Part shown: one piece after another, positions 39,381 to 49,619 of the stretch
Position numbering within the stretch: position 1 is the first letter of the stretch
Layout: every line of letters starts with the position of its first letter
DNA from: Myxococcota bacterium
GTDB lineage: Bacteria > Myxococcota_A > SURF-8 > G963663525
Length of the DNA: 64,000 bases
Direction of reading: 5' to 3'
Assembly (NCBI GenBank): GCA_963676915.2
Contig: CAXXVK010000060.1
Coordinates: forward strand, 128,001 to 192,000
Position numbers and translations under genes: made by a program
Notes under the pieces: generated by a model
What the model saw: only the letters and a program-made list of their open reading frames with translations
What the model was told of the DNA's origin: nothing
The model's database searches: none

Positions 39381-41516
39381 TCAAAGTTGGTGGTACCAGT
39401 TGGAAAGCAGTTCGCTGCGTTCCTGTACGAAAATGCGTTTGAAACTGGCCTCTTCGTCTTCCCCTCGGCCAATGCTTCGTACCAGATCGAGCACGGCCGC
39501 AAACTCGTAATTATCTGCTAGATAAGATACAAACGAAGCCGCCTGTGCGTGTGCGCGGGCGTCGCCACGATTCAAAGTGCGGTCCCATTCACCGAATTCC
39601 CGGTATCCTTCACCTTCCATCAACAGTTTTCTCGGATGGTATTGGTTCGGAACGACTTTCTCCATCAACGTCAGGCTCAGGCCGCATTCGAGCCAGCGCG
39701 GCGTAGCGTCTCCCCCGATCTGCCGGACGATTCGGCGCGCCACGAGGGCGGCCAGTGTCGCCTGGGCTTCTTTTTTGTCGGTATGCATCCACTGGCCGTA
39801 CACCGGGATCGTTCCCGAGGATTCGGGGATATCCAGCCCGAAGGTCGTAACCATGGTGGAAAAATCTTTCGTCCCATCGACGAAGAAAGACAGCCGTTCG
39901 ACATCGGACAGATTGAGCGCCGTGAGCATTTTGTACAGGTTCTGTTCACAGAGCTTCCCCAGATCGATCAACAGTCCGTCGTTTTCGAGACCGGTGGCTT
40001 CGAAGTGACAGCGTCCTGCCGAGGTTGTGTACTGAAGACGGTTCCCCGTATCGGTGGAAGGAGGGGACGGAACTTGTTTCGCTACTTTCTTGGTCGCAGG
40101 CGGCGGCGTTTTCACGATGGTGGTCTGTTTTTGAGGCGCATTCTTTTCCGATACCGGTGAGCCGCCCATCAGAGAAAAACCAGCAATGGCCAGGCCAACC
40201 AGCACGACGGCCAGGCCTCCATACAGCACAATGGGGCGCTTTTTCTTTAAAGATATCGGGTTGTTACCGGTTGTCGGAGAACTCATGATGCCGTAGCGAC
40301 CGCTGGTTTCGAGCTCCAGTTTCGGGCGTCCCTCCCCCAGTTTGACTTTGCGGGAAGACACCTTTTGCAACTCGATTTCCGCTCCCATGTCGTAAAATCG
40401 CCGTTGCAGTTCCTTGGCTTTTTCGAATTCGAGTTTCGGCGACAAGGTAAGCGGTAAATTGCGCAGGATCATCCGAATGGCTTCGGCGGACCGACCCGTG
40501 GTCTGCTTCATGTATTCGATGACTTTGGCTTTGGCTTCGAGCTGCGAAAACCCAAGCAATTTCACCTGCATGAACACTTCTTCCCGACTCGGAGGCTCGA
40601 TGCTCGCCCCGCAGCGGCTGCAATGTTCCTCGTCTTTCAGGCGGGTGGCGACGCCGCAGTCGTCGCAGAACGTCCATTCCGAATCGACGAAATCCTTCTC
40701 ATTGATCACGATGGCGTCCAACTCGGAGATGATATCGCTATAGGACGGGTAGCGCTCCTTGGGAGATTTGGCCATCATCCGTTCGACGATGCGACCCAAC
40801 GAACGAGGGAACTGAGGGTTCAAAGCGACGAGATCCGGGATGGGATCTTTGATATGCTTCATGATCAGGCCGATGGCCGTTTCCGAGGTATACGGCGCTA
40901 CTCCGGTGATCAATTCGTAAAACGTCACGCCCAGGGAATACATATCCGCGTGAAAATCAATGGCTTTTCCGCTGGCCTGTTCGGGACTGATGTATTTCGG
41001 CGTTCCCAACGCCATACCGGTGGCGGTGAGGTTTTCGTCCGCCTGGGTCAGCTTGGCGATGCCGAAATCCACGAGCTTGGCGCCGCCCTCGGCTTCGATC
41101 ATCACGTTGCCCGGCTTCACGTCGCGATGCATCACGCCCTTGTCCGAAGAAAATTTCAAGGCGGCGAGGGTCTGCTGCATCAAGGTGATTTTTTGCAAAC
41201 CGGTCATTCGCATTTTTTTGACGATCAGATCCGACATCGGGATGCCGTCGATGAACTCCATCGCGTAAAACGGCACGCCTTCGGCGGTTCGACCGACGAA
41301 AAAAACATGAGCGATATTGGGATGTTTCAGGTTTGCGGCGGCACGGGCTTCCCGCTCGAAACGGGTGAGGTTCTCTTTGTCGGACATGATCGCGGGAGAA
41401 AGCACCTTCAGGGCCACCCGCATGTTGAGTTCCTCGTCCAGCCCCTCGAAGACCTTTCCCATCGCGCCTTCGCCAATTTTTTTCAGAACTTTGTAATGGC
41501 CGTATCGTTCGGACAT
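39381..41516 (-). CDS. Membrane Ser/Thr protein kinase (Hanks type) with extra domains
   Basis: IGEGAMGKV, VALK, HRDVKPGN, DFG, GTPKYISPEQ; TM near residue 430. Confidence 0.95.
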   Translation of the reverse strand: MSERYGHYKVLKKIGEGAMGKVFEGLDEELNMRVALKVLSPAIMSDKENLTRFEREARAAANLKHPNIAHVFFVGRTAEGVPFYAMEFIDGIPMSDLIVKKMRMTGLQKITLMQQTLAALKFSSDKGVMHRDVKPGNVMIEAEGGAKLVDFGIAKLTQADENLTATGMALGTPKYISPEQASGKAIDFHADMYSLGVTFYELITGVAPYTSETAIGLIMKHIKDPIPDLVALNPQFPRSLGRIVERMMAKSPKERYPSYSDIISELDAIVINEKDFVDSEWTFCDDCGVATRLKDEEHCSRCGASIEPPSREEVFMQVKLLGFSQLEAKAKVIEYMKQTTGRSAEAIRMILRNLPLTLSPKLEFEKAKELQRRFYDMGAEIELQKVSSRKVKLGEGRPKLELETSGRYGIMSSPTTGNNPISLKKKRPIVLYGGLAVVLVGLAIAGFSLMGGSPVSEKNAPQKQTTIVKTPPPATKKVAKQVPSPPSTDTGNRLQYTTSAGRCHFEATGLENDGLLIDLGKLCEQNLYKMLTALNLSDVERLSFFVDGTKDFSTMVTTFGLDIPESSGTIPVYGQWMHTDKKEAQATLAALVARRIVRQIGGDATPRWLECGLSLTLMEKVVPNQYHPRKLLMEGEGYREFGEWDRTLNRGDARAHAQAASFVSYLADNYEFAAVLDLVRSIGRGEDEEASFKRIFVQERSELLSNWYHQL

Positions 41517-41541
41517 AGTGCACGTACTTTCGCTATAGAGC

Positions 41542-42345
41542 CTATTTCTGTTTCAGACCGGCAACGAATTTCATGCGGTTCGAACCGATTTCGATGGTGT
41601 CGTCATCTTCGAGAAGATATTCGGTTCCTTTGGGCAGTTTTTCTCCATTGACTTTGACCCCACCCATTCCACCGACCTGCACCAGCACGAAATCGCTACC
41701 CCGACGAGTTACGGTAGCGTGTTCTTTTCCCAGCATGAACCCGCCTTTTAGGCGAATATCCACGTTGGCGGCCCGACCCAGGCGAGTGGTCTGTTTGTCG
41801 ATGGAATAAGTCCGGCGGTCCATTTCGGTCAGTGCCTGGAAATGAGGTTTCAGGCGTTTTCCCATTTCCGCTCGGAGCGCGTTGAGCTGGGTTTTGCCCA
41901 TGGTCATCGTTTCATCGACCACCACCGGCTGAGAGGCACCGGGCTTGGCTTTCCGGGATGCCTCCACGGCATCGGACAAGGCGTCTTCGAACGACGTTTT
42001 GAACTGGCCGCCCGGCTTGTTCTGGTCGATCGCACGATCCCGCTCCAACTCGTCCCGCGACTGCTTGAAGGTCAGCATGTATTTCGCCACGCCGATCACG
42101 TACCCGTTGTGAAGCGGTGATTTTTCAATGGGTTCGCCGTTGATGAACAAGCCGTTTTTACCGGAAAGATCCTTGATGAACCAGATCGCGTTGCGCTGGT
42201 AGATCATCGCGTGTTTGCGGGAGACGAGAGGGTTGTCCAGGTGAATGTCGGACTCGGGATTTCGGCCGATGAAGATCATATGATCTTTCACAAGTCGAAT
42301 CGTTTTCAGCTTCTTCGAGCCTAAAACCACGGTAATTTCAGCCAT
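41542..42345 (-). CDS. Double FHA-domain protein
   Basis: IGR...SRKHA...SGKNG and LGR...KEHA...GVKVNG. Confidence 0.9.
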   Translation of the reverse strand: MAEITVVLGSKKLKTIRLVKDHMIFIGRNPESDIHLDNPLVSRKHAMIYQRNAIWFIKDLSGKNGLFINGEPIEKSPLHNGYVIGVAKYMLTFKQSRDELERDRAIDQNKPGGQFKTSFEDALSDAVEASRKAKPGASQPVVVDETMTMGKTQLNALRAEMGKRLKPHFQALTEMDRRTYSIDKQTTRLGRAANVDIRLKGGFMLGKEHATVTRRGSDFVLVQVGGMGGVKVNGEKLPKGTEYLLEDDDTIEIGSNRMKFVAGLKQK

Positions 42346-42605
42346 CGGACCCGCCCTCCCTCGATGAGCTTTTCTAAAATACTGGTTGCGGAAATATCCA
42401 TAGGGAATAACAGGTATTTTACTGCAAAACCTCAAGGAAGCAACTGAAATCGATGATGGGTACAACGGATGGCTGCAATAACGTGTGATTGAAAATGGTG
42501 AAGAATTCGTTGTTTTTCAGGAAAACGTGACTTTTCGGTACAAAACAAGACGGCTGTGGTATAGTAACGCATTATCGTTTATCCGGAGGTACCGAACAGA
42601 CTCCC

Positions 42606-43865
42606 ATGTCGGAAAATGATGTACTGGCCTATCTCGGCTTGTTGTTTTTGTTGCTGTTTTCGGCTTTTTTTTCCGGTTCCGAAACAGCTTTGATCGGCAG
42701 CCGCCGCCTGATTCTCACAACTCAAGCCCAAAAAGGAAACCGTTCGGCCCAACGGGCACTGGATCTGATTCGCGAGCCGGGGTCGTTGCTTGGCACGATT
42801 CTGGTCGGAAACAATCTCGTCAACGTCGCTGCCGCCGCGCTCGGTGCCTATCTCTGGGGGCCGGTGACGGCAACCGTCGTCATCACGCTTCTGTTGCTTT
42901 TAATCGGTGAAATTCCACCCAAAACCCTGGCCACGTATTGGCCGGAAAAGATTGCAAAAACGGTAAGTTGGCCGATCTCGCAGTTCAAGCGTCTGTTCTG
43001 GCCGTTGGCCTGGATAGCACAATCTCTTACCGATCTGATTCTAAGACCGCTGTTCAAAAAGGTCGGTCCTCGGCGTGGATATTTCAGCCAGGATGAAATA
43101 TCCACAGCCCTTGGGTTGAGTCAGGCCGAAGGCGAACTGGAACCGGGGGAAGCCCGTATGGCCCAGGAAACCCTGGAGTTGGACAAAACCCTGCTCGAAG
43201 AGATTATGATTCCCCTCAAAGATACCGCCACGTTGCAAAAGGATTGGAACCTGGATCGGGTAGAGAAGGAAATTCGCAGCAGCCGGTTTTCCCGTTATCC
43301 GGTGTACGACCACCGCGGGCGTCCCATGAAACGGATGCTCCATATCAAGGATCTAGTGCTCGCCACCCATCGGAAGTACTGGTATGGTCTGACCCGCACG
43401 CTGGAAGTTCGCCCCGGCACGATGCCCGCCGACGATCTGTTGCGGGAAATGCAGATCGGTCGTTTCCATATGTGTGCTGTGGCGCAGGAAGACGGAAGCA
43501 TCGTCGGATACGTTACGATGGAAAGCGTATTGGAGGAAATCGTTGGGGAAATCACCGACGAACACGACAAGGAAGACGATCCCGTCAAAACTCAGGGAGA
43601 GAACAAATACCTTGTACGAGGCGATCTTGAATTGGCCGACGTTCAACTCATTTTGAATATCGATCTGGAAGCCGACGATCCGGAACAAACGCTGGAAGAT
43701 TATTACCGCGAACGGGCTGGAGGACGGCCATTTTCCTATATCGTGGTGGGACGCTCACGCATTCGTGCATCCAAAAAGAAATTCATCGTTGAGATTTTCG
43801 AAGACGAAGAAGCCTTGGAAGAGGAAATCGAGGAAGAGAAAAACGGGAATCACGCCAGTACTTGA
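42606..43865 (+). CDS. CNNM/CBS (HlyC/CorC) family membrane protein
   Basis: SAFFSGSETA, TILVGNNLVN, GEIPPK, FSRYPV, LEEIVGEI.DE.D. Confidence 0.92.
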   Translation: MSENDVLAYLGLLFLLLFSAFFSGSETALIGSRRLILTTQAQKGNRSAQRALDLIREPGSLLGTILVGNNLVNVAAAALGAYLWGPVTATVVITLLLLLIGEIPPKTLATYWPEKIAKTVSWPISQFKRLFWPLAWIAQSLTDLILRPLFKKVGPRRGYFSQDEISTALGLSQAEGELEPGEARMAQETLELDKTLLEEIMIPLKDTATLQKDWNLDRVEKEIRSSRFSRYPVYDHRGRPMKRMLHIKDLVLATHRKYWYGLTRTLEVRPGTMPADDLLREMQIGRFHMCAVAQEDGSIVGYVTMESVLEEIVGEITDEHDKEDDPVKTQGENKYLVRGDLELADVQLILNIDLEADDPEQTLEDYYRERAGGRPFSYIVVGRSRIRASKKKFIVEIFEDEEALEEEIEEEKNGNHAST

Positions 43866-43895
43866 GTTTTATCCGAATATCGAACTCGGCTCACT

Positions 43896-44921
43896 TCATT
43901 CATCGAGCTTTTCGGCCATCTCCCGAGCATCGTCGATCAGGCGGTCCAGTTTCGTCGAATCCAGGTGCAATGCCTTGGCGGAGGCTTCGACCATTTTCGG
44001 CATCGTGTAGTCGATGATGGTCACGCTTTTCTGCTCTTTGTCGTCCAGAATCCCGGCTTCGATTTCGTTGGCGATCCATTCGGCCAGACAGGCGGTCGCC
44101 ATAGCGGGAGTTACGGTCTGATCCGGCTTGAATTTGTGATGGTATTCAATCGCTTCCCGAATGTTTTCAGGGAGTTTCCACAATCGGGCCAGAATTCCCC
44201 CGGTTTCTTCATGCAAATCGTTGATCGCGGGCCAGAGCAGATCGAGGCTGAATCTGGCCTCGGGGGTTTTGCCTTCTCCAAGTGCGATCAACAACCCGGC
44301 CATACCGATATCGTGCATCAAGCCGATCAAAAACGCCTGGCCTTCCATCAACCCGGTACGAGAACCGATCAACTTGGCGACGCGGGCCGTCGCTACACTG
44401 TGACGACGCAGAAAATCCATCTGCTCGGAAAACCGTTCGACACGAAACACCCGCATGTCCATCGCCACCTGCCAGACGATATCCCGGATGGTAGCCAGTC
44501 CCAGACGAACGATGGCGTGCTCCAGGGAAATCATTTTGCTTTGTCCACCGTAGAACGGGGAATTGACGATTTGCAGCACGCGACCCGTCAAAACGGGGTC
44601 CATTTCGAGAACTTCGCCGATTTTGGCGAAGGTGATGTTCGTTTGCCCTGTGAGTTCGTGGACTTCCATGGCGATACGAGGAAGCACGGGAGGCTTGTAA
44701 TCGGGGGATTTGAACAGGGAAAGCAGCGTTTTCCTTAACGTTTTTCCCGCTTCCGATGCGTCGAGATCTTCGGACGATACCTGCCAGCGAGTCCGATCGA
44801 TCGTGCTCTTTTTTTCGATACGACCCAAAGCATCTTTGGCTTGCCGTTTCGGTGATGTTTTGCCGGAATTTCGAGAAGGGGCTGCGTCTTTTTTCTTTGT
44901 TTTTCGCCGACCGAGAAACAT
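43896..44921 (-). CDS. HDOD-domain protein
   Basis: PVLP, DPVLTGRVLQIVNSPFY, AIVRLG, GLMHDIG, WKLP...AIEYHH. Confidence 0.9.
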   Translation of the reverse strand: MFLGRRKTKKKDAAPSRNSGKTSPKRQAKDALGRIEKKSTIDRTRWQVSSEDLDASEAGKTLRKTLLSLFKSPDYKPPVLPRIAMEVHELTGQTNITFAKIGEVLEMDPVLTGRVLQIVNSPFYGGQSKMISLEHAIVRLGLATIRDIVWQVAMDMRVFRVERFSEQMDFLRRHSVATARVAKLIGSRTGLMEGQAFLIGLMHDIGMAGLLIALGEGKTPEARFSLDLLWPAINDLHEETGGILARLWKLPENIREAIEYHHKFKPDQTVTPAMATACLAEWIANEIEAGILDDKEQKSVTIIDYTMPKMVEASAKALHLDSTKLDRLIDDAREMAEKLDE

Positions 44922-45016
44922 GGAAGCTCCGTTTCCTGAATGTCCATTCCTAGTATTTGATCGGCAGGTTTTGACGCAACAAAAGGGATTTTTTACGAAA
45001 AACGGAGAATGTTTCG

Positions 45017-45979
45017 TCAGTTTTTCGCTTTTCCGACAAGCTGTTGCAAACGTTCGAGCCGGGCTGGCTCCGACCGGGAAAACCACTCCATCGCCGATAG
45101 CAACTCGTATGCCTCGGCGGCGGATCGGGAGGCGAGTTCCGTTTGTCCTTTGGCGGCATACAGTTCGGCCAACTCTTCGTAAACAAAGCCGTCTTTTTCT
45201 CCGGCGGCATTCATTTCCCGTTCCAAAGCCTGCTGCATGTCCAAAGCCTCTTCGGCCTGTCCCATGGCTCGTAACGTACGAGCTACGCACCATGTCGCGA
45301 TCCGAATTTCTTTGGGTACTCCTGCGTTTTGCCGAAATTCCAGCGCGTCACGGAACATCGCCAACGCTTCGGAATACTCTCCCCGATCGAAGTACGTCCA
45401 GCCGAGGTTGTTGGTCAGGCTGCCTTTCCATTTTCGGGCTTTGGCGGAAGAACTACGCTCGACCATATCCAACGCCAGCCGGTTCCATTCCAGCGCGGTG
45501 TTCGGCTCGGCGACGATAGCAAGCATGTGGGCGGCATCGATGGCGTAAAACTCCTCTTTAAGTCCAAGCGCCAACCGAAAAGCCGCCAGAAACAGGGGAC
45601 GCGCACGGGTTTTGTCGCCTGCGGAGTTGAAACAGCGTCCTCGTTCCAACTGCAAACGGATCAGCGCAACACTTGGAGCATCGCCGATCAGCGCCTTTGC
45701 TTCGTCGAGACGGGTGTGGGCTTTATCGAATTGCGATCTCAGACTATGAGTCCGGGCGATCTGCGTGAGAAGTTCGGCGCGACGCAGTGGTTTCGTTTCG
45801 GCGGGGAAGCGGGACAGAAACTCGGTAAAGACACGTTCGGTATCTTCCGGGTGGTCGTAATCCCACAACCGGTCGAAATCTTCGGTCGACTCAACCGGTT
45901 TTTCAGGTTGTGGCTGAGGAGCCACTCCAGCGCAACCTACGAAAAAGACAACGAAAATGACAAGTAGTAAAGTACGCAT
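45017..45979 (-). CDS. TPR lipoprotein
   Basis: Lipobox FVGC; TQIART, LERGR, IDAAHMLA, NNLGW helical repeats. Confidence 0.82.
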   Translation of the reverse strand: MRTLLLVIFVVFFVGCAGVAPQPQPEKPVESTEDFDRLWDYDHPEDTERVFTEFLSRFPAETKPLRRAELLTQIARTHSLRSQFDKAHTRLDEAKALIGDAPSVALIRLQLERGRCFNSAGDKTRARPLFLAAFRLALGLKEEFYAIDAAHMLAIVAEPNTALEWNRLALDMVERSSSAKARKWKGSLTNNLGWTYFDRGEYSEALAMFRDALEFRQNAGVPKEIRIATWCVARTLRAMGQAEEALDMQQALEREMNAAGEKDGFVYEELAELYAAKGQTELASRSAAEAYELLSAMEWFSRSEPARLERLQQLVGKAKN

Positions 45980-46535
45980 CGCTTCCCTTTTTCCTTGCTC
46001 CACATCGTGTGGATCACTCCCGATCATGACGAATCAGAGAATATCGATTTACACCGTGATCTTGACTTATAACATACTGTAATTCTGTGTAAATGAGACG
46101 TAAAACAACGGGAAGGTGCATCAAAAAAGAGAGCACTAGACCCAATGATGATGAAGTTCTCATTCTTTCCTTTGGGTTGTCGCGGCGAGGCGGTAACCCA
46201 CTAAAAAAAAGGGATTGGCACGTAGGAAAGCGTCTTTCCATAGGCGGTGAATTTTTGTCTCGTCGCTACGGAATAAAGCAAGAATTTCTACAGCCACTAT
46301 ATTTTACGATGTGTCTGCTAGTATTTTTACTATAATATATTATTTGTAAACTTGTGCCGAAAATGGTACACTTTGACTGTTTTTGTATCGAAAAATGACG
46401 GCTGTGCCTGCTTTCCAGTACAGTGATTTTTGTTTTTGTTTGGCAATCAGGCCGGGTTACAGTATTCTCGGTTCTTGTTTCGGTTCGGACCAAACGAAGA
46501 AAACTTGCCCGATGTATGGGTCATAAAGGAAACGA

Positions 46536-47543
46536 ATGATGGACGATCTGCCGCAGACCGGCGAAGCGGAACGCTCCGAAGCTCCACAGCCTTCGGCTCC
46601 ACCTCCCCCGCCTCCGTCACCGCCACGGCAATATTACGTGCCGTACCAGCCGCCGCCCAAGAAAAAGGGGGGATCGTTCTGGACGGTGCTGCTCGGCGTC
46701 ATCGTGGGTGGCGTTATCATTATGCTGATCGGTGAATATTTCGACGATTTCGACGACTCCATCGGAGACGGCGACGTGCGTATCGGTGTGGTGAACCTTC
46801 TGGGTGCGATCGAAGACACTACGGTCGTGGTCGAAGACTTGCAGAATTTCGCCGAAAACAAAAACATCGACGGTATCGTGCTGCGGATCGATTCCCCCGG
46901 CGGCAGCGTCGGCGCATCCCAGGAAGTCTACCGGCAGGTCGAACTTGTCAAAAAGAGCAAACCGGTCGTGGTGTCGATGGGTAGCCTCGCGGCATCGGGT
47001 GGCTATTACTCGGCGGCGTCGGCAAGCATGATCGTGGCCAACCCCGGAACCCTGACCGGCTCCATCGGCGTGATCGTATCTTCGACGTACATGCGGGAGT
47101 TGATGGAGTTTCTCAAAATGGACCCGGTGGTTTACAAGTCCGGGAAACACAAGGATATTCTGTCTCCCTTCCGTCGCGCCACCGAAGAAGATGAAGCGTT
47201 GATCCAGAAGGTGATCGAAGACATCTACACCCAGTTCGTGGACGACATCGCCAAGGGGCGGAATATTCCTGCTGAAGAGATCAAAAAAATCGCGGATGGG
47301 CGGTTTTTCACCGCCAAAGAAGCCATTACGTACAAACTGGTGGATAAAACCGGCAACTTGATCGACGCCGCCAAAGAGACTGCAGTTCTTGCCGGATTCA
47401 TGCCGGATGCCGACATCGAGCTGGTGTATCCCAAGGAAGACAAGTTCAAAACCTTTGAAAAGTTTTTGGAAGGAGCTACGCGAGCGGTCATCCGAGCCGC
47501 TTCCGACTCCTCGACCAAGATCGAATATCGTATGAATCACTAA
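46536..47543 (+). CDS. sppA: Signal peptide peptidase (S49)
   Basis: LRIDSPGG, AASGGYY, TLTGSIGV, SGKHKD. Confidence 0.95.
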   Translation: MMDDLPQTGEAERSEAPQPSAPPPPPPSPPRQYYVPYQPPPKKKGGSFWTVLLGVIVGGVIIMLIGEYFDDFDDSIGDGDVRIGVVNLLGAIEDTTVVVEDLQNFAENKNIDGIVLRIDSPGGSVGASQEVYRQVELVKKSKPVVVSMGSLAASGGYYSAASASMIVANPGTLTGSIGVIVSSTYMRELMEFLKMDPVVYKSGKHKDILSPFRRATEEDEALIQKVIEDIYTQFVDDIAKGRNIPAEEIKKIADGRFFTAKEAITYKLVDKTGNLIDAAKETAVLAGFMPDADIELVYPKEDKFKTFEKFLEGATRAVIRAASDSSTKIEYRMNH

Positions 47544-47557
47544 ACTCGGGGCATGGA

Positions 47558-47914
47558 ATGAATATTGCCAAATCGCTTCTCCTGGTTGCCGTCGCCGTAA
47601 GTTTCACCGCGGCCGCCATTTTGTTTGTAGCGCTCAATCGCGATCCGGTACAACTTGAGTTTCTCATCCTCGAAAGCGTTCCGCTGCCCATGGGAGCGGT
47701 GGTGCTGATTGCCCTCGCCTTGGGTATTGTCATTGGTTTGGGAACCTCGGCCTGGTTCTGGTTCTCCCATCGCATTCGTCTTTCGGCTGAACGACGCCGA
47801 AACAAGGTTCTGCAAAAGGAATTGGACGACCTGCGCGCTCTGCCGTTTTCCGGCAAAGACGACGGACCGGAACAAAACCGAACCGTCGAAGACGACCAGA
47901 ACGCGGGGAACTGA
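47558..47914 (+). CDS. lapA: LPS assembly protein A family
   Basis: TM-FVALN..V...FL-TM-coiled coil; lies directly upstream of a lapB-like gene. Confidence 0.7.
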   Translation: MNIAKSLLLVAVAVSFTAAAILFVALNRDPVQLEFLILESVPLPMGAVVLIALALGIVIGLGTSAWFWFSHRIRLSAERRRNKVLQKELDDLRALPFSGKDDGPEQNRTVEDDQNAGN

Positions 47915-47917
47915 GAT

Positions 47918-49042
47918 ATGGAAACGGCTTTCCAAGGGATGGTTCCCCTGTTTATTGCGTTCGCCGCCGGTATCGTTGTGACGTGGTTTGCGGCGACGAT
48001 TCTGCGCAAATACCGATTGCACCACCCGACATCCGAGCAAAAGCTTCTTCGTCGCAGACATCTAACCGCCGCCGAACACCTGATTCGCGAGGAATGGGAA
48101 GAGGCTCGAAGAATTTTGACCGAACTGGCGGTCAAAGACAGCGATGCGGTACAGACCTATCGCATATTGGGGTTCGTGCTTCGAAAACTCGGGTTGCATA
48201 CACGATCCAACCGGGTGTATCGCAGCCTGATCCTTCGTCCCGATCAAAGCGACGTGGACGTCCCGCGTGTGTTCTACGAACTGGCGGTCAACCAATGGGA
48301 AACAAAGCGCAGCCGGGACGCGCTGGAGTCCATTCGGAAAGCCGTGCGATTTCGACCCCGCTGGGCTATGGCGAGAAAAACACTGACATCCTGGCTGATG
48401 CGCCTGGATCGATGGGAAGACGCCGCCCTGGAACGCGAACAATACGAAAAATCCGAGCCGAAAGCCCACAAAACCGAACCGGAAATTTTGGGCCGGATCT
48501 ACGCTCAACATGCCTTACAGGCCGCTCGTTCCGGCGATACCGACAAAGCCCGTTTCGCGCTTAGGCGCGCCAAAGCCGAGCTGGGCGACCATCCCCAGGT
48601 TTTCCACGCCAAGGCCGTTTTGGCTGTGGCGACAGGCAATCTCGATACCGCCATCGAAGCATTTCGCGAAGCGCTGGAGTTGTCGATCGATTGCGCCCCG
48701 ATCGTGGGTTGGGAGTGGTTCGACGAAGGTGTAAAACACGAAAAGAAACTGCCGTTCCACAAATGGCTGTTGCGTCGCCGAGACGCCGGAGACGAGCGAT
48801 GGACCCACCTGCTGGAGGTCCGTTGGCTGCTCGAAGACGGTCAGGAAGAAGCCGCGCAAGACCTGTTGAAGAATCATCTGGTTCGTTACCGACACGATCC
48901 CCACGCCTGGAATCTCGCCCAAGAGCTGTCATTGAACCCGGAGCGTCCGCGACCCCAATGGAAATGCCGCCACTGCGGGGCGAAGTCGTCGAACCCGTCG
49001 TGGTTCTGTCCTGAATGCCAGCGTTGGGATTGCCACTTCTAA
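47918..49042 (+). CDS. lapB: LPS assembly protein B-like (TM, TPRs, rubredoxin domain)
   Basis: N-terminal TM, TPRs, C-terminal CRHCG...WFCPECQRW. Confidence 0.72.
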   Translation: METAFQGMVPLFIAFAAGIVVTWFAATILRKYRLHHPTSEQKLLRRRHLTAAEHLIREEWEEARRILTELAVKDSDAVQTYRILGFVLRKLGLHTRSNRVYRSLILRPDQSDVDVPRVFYELAVNQWETKRSRDALESIRKAVRFRPRWAMARKTLTSWLMRLDRWEDAALEREQYEKSEPKAHKTEPEILGRIYAQHALQAARSGDTDKARFALRRAKAELGDHPQVFHAKAVLAVATGNLDTAIEAFREALELSIDCAPIVGWEWFDEGVKHEKKLPFHKWLLRRRDAGDERWTHLLEVRWLLEDGQEEAAQDLLKNHLVRYRHDPHAWNLAQELSLNPERPRPQWKCRHCGAKSSNPSWFCPECQRWDCHF

Positions 49043-49076
49043 GTTCAAAAAACCTGAATTTTCAACGATATACAAG

Positions 49077-49120
49077 GTCGGGTGCTCTGCACCCGACATC
49101 AGACAATTGACAAACCCCAT
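49077..49120 (+). repeat. REP-1-like hairpin followed by a MITE-2-like left end
   Basis: GTCGGGTGC-TCT-GCACCCGAC, then CAGACAATTGACAAACCCCA (compare CAGGCCGTTGACAAACCCCA at 11471). Confidence 0.5.
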
Positions 49121-49158
49121 CTTTTCCGGCGGTTTTTATTTTTTCCGAGGTCAATTAG

Positions 49159-49333
49159 CCCGCATACTTCATGAGGATCGTTGCGAGACGCCGAAAACCG
49201 AAGAACTTTCATGAAGTTGGAGTGATTTTTTAACGGAAGCATACTTGACAGTATGTTGAGTATAAAAAATCGGGAAACGAATGAAAGATCAAGAGTTTTC
49301 AAGTCGTAGTAGATTCTTCATGAATTATGCGGG
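49159..49333. mobile_element. MITE family 1, copy B
   Basis: TIRs CCCGCATACTTCATGA / TCATGAATTATGCGGG; TTAG direct repeat on both sides; colinear with 15652-15825. Confidence 0.88.
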
Positions 49334-49619
49334 TTAGGCTCCGATGCCGACGGGAGCGAATTTTCCAATCGAAAGGCGAAAACCGATCCGATGTCGGTCC
49401 CTTGCGCAACAAAGGATCGCCACCATCTCCCAGCCATTTCACCTCCAAAAATTCGTACCTGAACAGTCCCTTTTTACCGAAAGTCGTTGCGTTCGAGGGT
49501 GGGAGTGATTACCTTACTTTTGGTTTTCGGAATCGGTCCCGTGTGAAAAAGGGAGGATTCCTAATCCAGTAACAATTTGAATTCTATTAAGAATTTTGAG
49601 AATGGGGCGGAAAATACCG

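Noticed and set aside
43896-45293. 465-aa extended HDOD ORF
   Set aside because: The extension overlaps the TPR lipoprotein gene on the same strand; a start at 44921 is more plausible
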